Assembly: GCA_002633005.1 (NCBI GenBank)
Contig: NMRA01000629.1
Span: 62,001 to 126,000, forward strand
Source of the DNA: Phoronis australis
Taxonomy: Eukaryota > Animalia > Phoronida
Length of the DNA: 64,000 bases
Direction: 5' to 3'
The notes below the pieces were generated by a model. That model did not search any database. It was not told the origin of the DNA and worked only from the letters and a program-made list of their open reading frames with translations. Each line of letters starts with the position of its first letter. The first letter of the stretch is position 1. Below are positions 58,401-64,000 of this stretch, piece by piece. The translations under genes were made by a program, and so were the position numbers.

Positions 58401-60050
58401 AGTCACTGCCGCCAATAAATTAACGGTGCAATTTTGAATAATTTTGCAATACATTGACTGTTTGAAAAGAAAAAATATCAATATTGGCCATATTTCTATT
58501 CGAATTTGAGGAAAATTTACCGTAGATCCCCTATTAGGGAGACGTCACGCTGAAAACTTAGCATTTGCCAAAGGTTAATTCCTCTGTGAGGGGTCTTTTG
58601 AACCATCCGCTATGCTTAATTCTTGAATTGGAATTGGAAAAGGCGTGTTTGAACTCCCTGAAACATTAATTAATATAAAATACACAAAAATTGTCCCTTT
58701 GCAGTACAATTCATGACAGCGCCCTTTCGCAAAAATTCTGGCAGTGAATCTGAGTGGTACGTTCTATCTGCACTCATGTAGGATCAGAAAAGTTCCAGCG
58801 TTTCTTATTATTTTCCTGATGTGCGCTCCTTGACAGTTTAATATTCATCCGCGTGCATGAGACAGGCGTTGAGCCGGTAGGTCTTCGTCCCGCGTCTAAG
58901 AAAGCACATCCAGCGAGGCACGAACGGCAGAGTTCTTGTAGTGCACTCACTATTTTGACACTTAAAAAGACGTCGGTAACTGGCGACGTATCGTTGAAAA
59001 ATGGCAATCCCGACGAAATGCATGAAACTCTTTGGAGAAGATTATGGTAAAGTCATCGAAAAATACAATAGTGTATGTCTTAATTTGCTTCCAATAGGGC
59101 CGCAAACGGAAGTACACTGTAAACCACTCCGTTTAAAAAATACATGTAAAACCATTTGTCCTTAGCCCCGTTTCATGAAATTTCTTAAGGAAAAAATTAA
59201 GACTGGACATGCTCTAAGCTCAGACCTAATGTCAGCCTGCAACGGAGTAAGCTTAAAATTGCACTTTTGGTCTAGATCGACCACAATTTACTAGTAGATC
59301 AACTCTGAAAACTGGTGTGGAACAAATATCTTTTCACAATCTAAATGTCTCTGAAATCGAAGATCGTCTGCTTTGAGAACTGGCAAAGCGGCAGAGACTC
59401 GTAGACTCAGTGCAGTGCATCATACTTAGACATGCGAAACGATATTTTCCAGTCGTACCTGTAGCAAGGTCCTCACACATCCAAACTGTTGTAAATAAAT
59501 CCCACTAAGCGTTTCAATGCCAAGAGTATTCTTGAAACCGTATTTCAGAAACAGCACCTCGCTCACTTTTTTGAATGAGCAGCAGGTGGCAAAAGCGTAG
59601 TTTGTACGCTCACTTATGCCAAAACCCAACTTATTATCTGTCTTAGTTACAACCAAAATCCAATATCGTACTTTGTATTCATAAAACAGGACCATGGAGG
59701 AATGGAATGCCAAATTGTGCGCCAGTCTCCTTGGTGAGGAGATATCCTTTCTGCGCCGTTTGCCGTTGACGATGTTTACGGCTTACGAGACCGACACAAG
59801 AAACCTTCAAAAACGTAAATCTCTGAATTCTTATAGAGTTCTTGAAGATTCTTCTTCTTACTTCTTTGATGTGACTGGCAAATTTAGGTATTTTTTTTCC
59901 TAAAACCTAAACAAGATCCAAACACAGATTTTAATTATTTTCATAAGCGTTGATGCTGCCATCCATGATTCGAAATATGGAGAAATTGTTTTGGCTACTG
60001 TTGAAATAAAAGTTGGTTGCCTAGTTAATTATGTGTTATCGATGGCATCA
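55425..60050 (+). repeat. Segmental duplication unit B, containing PAN copy 2
   Basis: Same order and orientation as unit A; homology is lost at ~60050, just before the position equivalent to exon 2. Confidence 0.88.
56901..57255 (+). CDS. Secreted PAN/Apple-domain protein, copy 2, exon 1 (exon 2 not found in the window)
   Basis: 103/118 aa identical to copy 1 exon 1; same donor position (CAG|GTATGA). Confidence 0.75.
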
Positions 60051-60544
60051 CATCAGTTTTGCAATAATCTAAGTCTAAATTGTTGCATAGTTGTCGTTAA
60101 TTTAGATTTTTGAATTATACTATAGCACTCTTTAAGGTTGATATAGCTTTATATGCCGCGATTTCCTTAAAAATTCGTCAGGATTCTGGTAAGTAAATTT
60201 CTCCGTACCAACCCTCAAATGGTTAAACCGTTCAACGCAATATTGCGGCTTGGGGACGAGGCTGATCCCGTGAGTGACCTTCACATAGTTCTACAGCATT
60301 CAACCCTGATATTTCGCGGGAATGGCTGCGCCAGTTTGCACTGTGTATTTCTGGTTGTCCACTCAAGATTTGATAGAATGAATGACTTGTGATCGAACAC
60401 GGAAATCATGGAAGCAGTAATTTCATTGCCTCATTTTCATTTTATCATTTTTGTCCGTAATGGAATCAACAAATGAGACCCTTGAGGTAGAGTTTCGGAT
60501 AAGCCTGCGACTTCTCGGCAATATGAGTAAGAAAAAGTCTATGT

Positions 60545-62663
60545 CTATCAATACCATATATATACTGGTATTAGTTGATTTTGAAAAAGCCTTTGATTCT
60601 GTGTCCTGGAGATTTCTTAAGAAAGTTCTACACTATTTCAATTTTGGTGACGATATTATTCGGTGGTTCACAATACTCAATGAAAGTGTTCAACTTTCGG
60701 TCATTCAGTATGGCTTTACGTCCAACTACTTTAACATTTGCCGAGGTTGCAGACAAGGGGATCCCCTTTCACCTTATCTTTTTTGTTGAGTGCCAAAATT
60801 ATGGCATCTATGTTGAGGCAATGTGAGAATGTTAAAGGCATAAAAGTAGGCTCTTTAGAGTATAAATTAATGCAATGTGCAGACGACACGGTCCTCTTTC
60901 TAGATGGTTCAGAGGCCTCTTTAAAATCTTCACTTAACCTTCTTGATCAGTTTGCTAAGTATTCTGGTTTGACACCCAATATCGATAAAACTGTTTGTAT
61001 ATGGATTGGTTCTAAGATATGTTGTGGTGATAGGCTTTGTTGTGAAAAAGATTTAAAATGGGAAAGTTCCCAGTTCACATCTCTTGGAATTACCTTCTCT
61101 GTCAACTTACAGGACATGATTCACTTAAACTACGATGTAAAATTAAATGAGGTTAGAAAAGGCATTGGAAATTGGTCAAAAAGAAATTTGTCTACCTTTG
61201 GTAAGATAACGGTTGTCAAATCTTTCTTATTACCAAAACTGATTCACCTCTTTTACACACTTCCTCTTCCAAGTGCTACTTTTTTTAAGGACATTGAAAA
61301 ACTATTCTTTAATTTTATATGGGGTACCTCTTCTGATAGAATCTCTAGAAAAACCATGGTGCAGAAATCTGAAGTTGGAGGTGGGAATATGGTTCATATT
61401 GCGTCATTTGTCAAAGCTATTAAACTGACTTGGATTCGAAGATTCTTGAAAAATTATTATAACAATACTTCTCTTTGGCTAAATATTTTATGTGAAATTA
61501 TTCCTAATATAAAAAATGACTCTTTTCAGTTAGGTTCTTGTTTTTTCCTTGAAGTATCTAACCGTACTAAAAATATTTTTGGAAGGATATTTTTTATATC
61601 TTATACGAATTTATCAATCTTTGTGAGATAGAGGATCCTTTGTACCAACCTTTGTGGTATAACCCCAAAATTTGTATAGACAGTAATCCAATTTTTTTGG
61701 AACGAGTTGTTTCAAAAGGTATACGGTACGTATACGATTTAATTGACCCTGATAAGGGATATATTTATGATATGATTATCATACCTTTTGTAAACGTTTT
61801 CAATTTTGTCCTTGTATTACTCATTTTTATGGAATTCGAAGTTCAATATTTCGTTCTTGGAATCATCTAAGAGACAAGAGTACTATAGTCACCCCACTTT
61901 TTCCAGGACATATTTTTCGAATCTCCTCGGAAAATAAAGGGACTGGGAAAATCTGTGAAGTATTTATTTCTAAATTATATGTAAAACCTGTCGCAGAATT
62001 GAAGTGGGAGAGAGAAATTAACTTATGTGATGAAACTCAATCTTGGAAAAAAAATTCATTCTGTAATTTATCATTGTACTTCTGATGTCAGACTCAGATG
62101 GTTTCAATTCTGTATCAACCACAGAATTATTGGTACAAACTCTTATTTAAAAAAAATAGGTGTTAGTGAATCGTCTTTATGTTCTGTCTGTGAGCAACGT
62201 GAAGAAACAATTCTACATTTGTATTGGGAATGTTCACTTGTTCAGAAGTTTTGGGGATGTTTAAGAACATGAATGATAATCAGTGCAATTTCCCTCTGCA
62301 GTTAAATATGTCTTCCGCCTTGTTTGGAGATCCAGCCTGTAGATTAGAAGCTGTAAATTTAATTCTTTGCTTAGCGAAATTCCATTTAAATGTATATAGA
62401 CAAAGATTACAAAAGACTAAGCTCAATTTTCAGTCATTTTTACGTGAGGTATGTGATTACTACAACCTGGAAACAATTATTTACAATGATAAATTGGATC
62501 TTGAGAGATTCCATGCAAGGTGGTCTTTTTTTGCCTAACTAGCTTTTATAGGGTCCGATAATGTTCGTAATTTGTTTGATGTACACTAAACTAGATGTCA
62601 TATTGTCGCACAACTATGTACTGGTTGGTTGAGTTAATAAATATCTCTGAAAAAAGAAAAAAA
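60545..62663 (+). mobile_element. 5'-truncated L1/Tx1-clade LINE (RT plus C-terminal zinc knuckle), frameshifted
   Basis: Motifs LVDFEKAFDSV, RGCRQGDPLSPYLF, QCADDT (YADD equivalent), NIDKT, YLG-like SLGI and CSVCEQREETILHLYWEC. AATAAA at 62636 and an A-rich tail. 16-bp TSD AAGAAAAAG(T/C)CTATGT at 60529-60544 and 62664-62679. Confidence 0.92.
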
Positions 62664-63887
62664 AAGAAAAAGCCTATGTATTGTTCATTGTTTACACGCA
62701 TCAACCCGTGGCTACATGTATTTGAGGACGCCGGGAATAGCTCGTGGGTATTTTTCATTGTTTTGTTACTGACTTTATTAAACTTAATTTGTTAACTACA
62801 AGTAACACGCGTAAAATAATGCATGTGGCATTGTACCCGGCCTTGTCTGTTGTTACAATGCTGAAGGGAAAATCTGCGTTTTGCATAATTTTCATGCTTT
62901 TATGACTGTTTCAAAACTTGCTTATACAGTTTCAGTGGAGTTCAAGTTTACCTCTGAAATGAGCAAAAATACACCTCAATACGAATGTCCCATTTCCCTT
63001 ATTTCCCCGGTTACCCGTCAACAGTCTGCAAGCATGCATTCGGTAATTGCTTATAACAAATTCGTTGGTTTCTGATTTACTTGTTTGTGCAACTACCAAA
63101 ACTGATAGATTCATAGATGATTTTATACACTTAGAAGCTAATATTGTAAGAACTGGTGATAAATCAGTGAATTTAATTGCAGCCTTAAATATATAAAATT
63201 AAACTAATCGGTTGGAAGGGGTTTCTTTGCACTCCACTGGTGTTTTTATTTTCCAATAGTATTAAGCAATGAATTTTTGTTCTTCGAAACTGAATTATTG
63301 CTTGTCCTTATTCGCATGCACGTCATGACTGACGTACTAACGTTAAAAAAAGATAGAAACATGCTGTTGGCCCGCGGAAAATCTCAGTTATCCACGGGAA
63401 TTGAAATTGAACTCCACGCGTTCAGGAAGTGTGTACATTTTTGGGACACAATATCGACTGTTTCCCCAGCCACCAGAAGCTGGACTACCGGTCGGTATTT
63501 TGAAACAGCCCCAAAGGCAGTATACGAGGACTTCGGCACCTCACCTTTCAAAAAAAAACTTCTTCAAAGAATGACCATAATAAAAAAGTTTGCCTCGAAA
63601 CTAGATCACAATAAAACGAATCTTGACCTTATAGCGAGCGCAGATGGCCGGTACGAGCTGCCTGTCTCAAGTGAATCACAGATGAGCTGACAAGTAACTA
63701 GCATTAGTTCATCGGGAATTTCGTATTTTCACACTGTTAGATCTCAGCTATACTTGAGGCAGCTTCTCGCTACCAGCCCGTGTACTGCTCCTAGAACCAT
63801 TCTTACCTCTCCTTGTTGCTTCACGGTTACTCAACTCGTTGGTTCACGGTTACTGAACTCTTGATGGCCTCATTACCGGGATTGTCC

Positions 63888-64000
63888 CAGGGGCAGATCT
63901 AAATTTTTGAGTTGCGGGGGCTGGGCAGAGTGTTAGCCAGAGACTTACCCCTCAGAAATTCGCACCCCCTAGCTACCAAAATGGAATTTGGGAGAATTTT
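63888..64000 (+). mobile_element. MITE family 2, copy C, truncated by the window end
   Basis: CAGGGGCAGATCTAAATTTTTGAG...ATTCGCACCCCC...GGAATTTGGGAGAATTTT. Confidence 0.55.

Noticed and set aside
63277-63690. 137-aa ORF near the window end
   Set aside because: Non-ATG start, no recognisable motif, and not homologous to PAN exon 2.

Overview
AT-rich, intron-containing animal genomic DNA, most likely from a marine invertebrate; the species cannot be identified from the sequence. Most short ORFs in the track are spurious, and the real genes are spliced. (1) 5-19782, minus strand: CFAP100/CCDC37 ciliary coiled-coil gene, reconstructed exon by exon with consistent phases. Its N-terminal DUF4200 exons are missing near a contig join (N at 19364), and it carries a cluster of symmetric micro-exons. 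(2) ~28412-37143, minus strand: a short Delta/Serrate-like gene encoding only the N-terminal C2 (MNNL) and DSL domains, with no EGF repeats or transmembrane segment and a degenerate Notch-binding loop. (3) A tandem segmental duplication (~38.5-48.45 kb vs ~55.4-60.05 kb) carrying two paralogs of a small secreted PAN/Apple-domain gene. (4) Mobile DNA: a Sola3-type transposon in the promoter of PAN copy 1, a HINE/Helentron-like element with a nested Kolobok-type insert and a ~400-bp repeat array, a 5'-truncated L1/Tx1 LINE with TSD, MITEs, tRNA-derived SINE relics and microsatellites. Several short duplications flanking single Ns look like assembly or haplotype artefacts.
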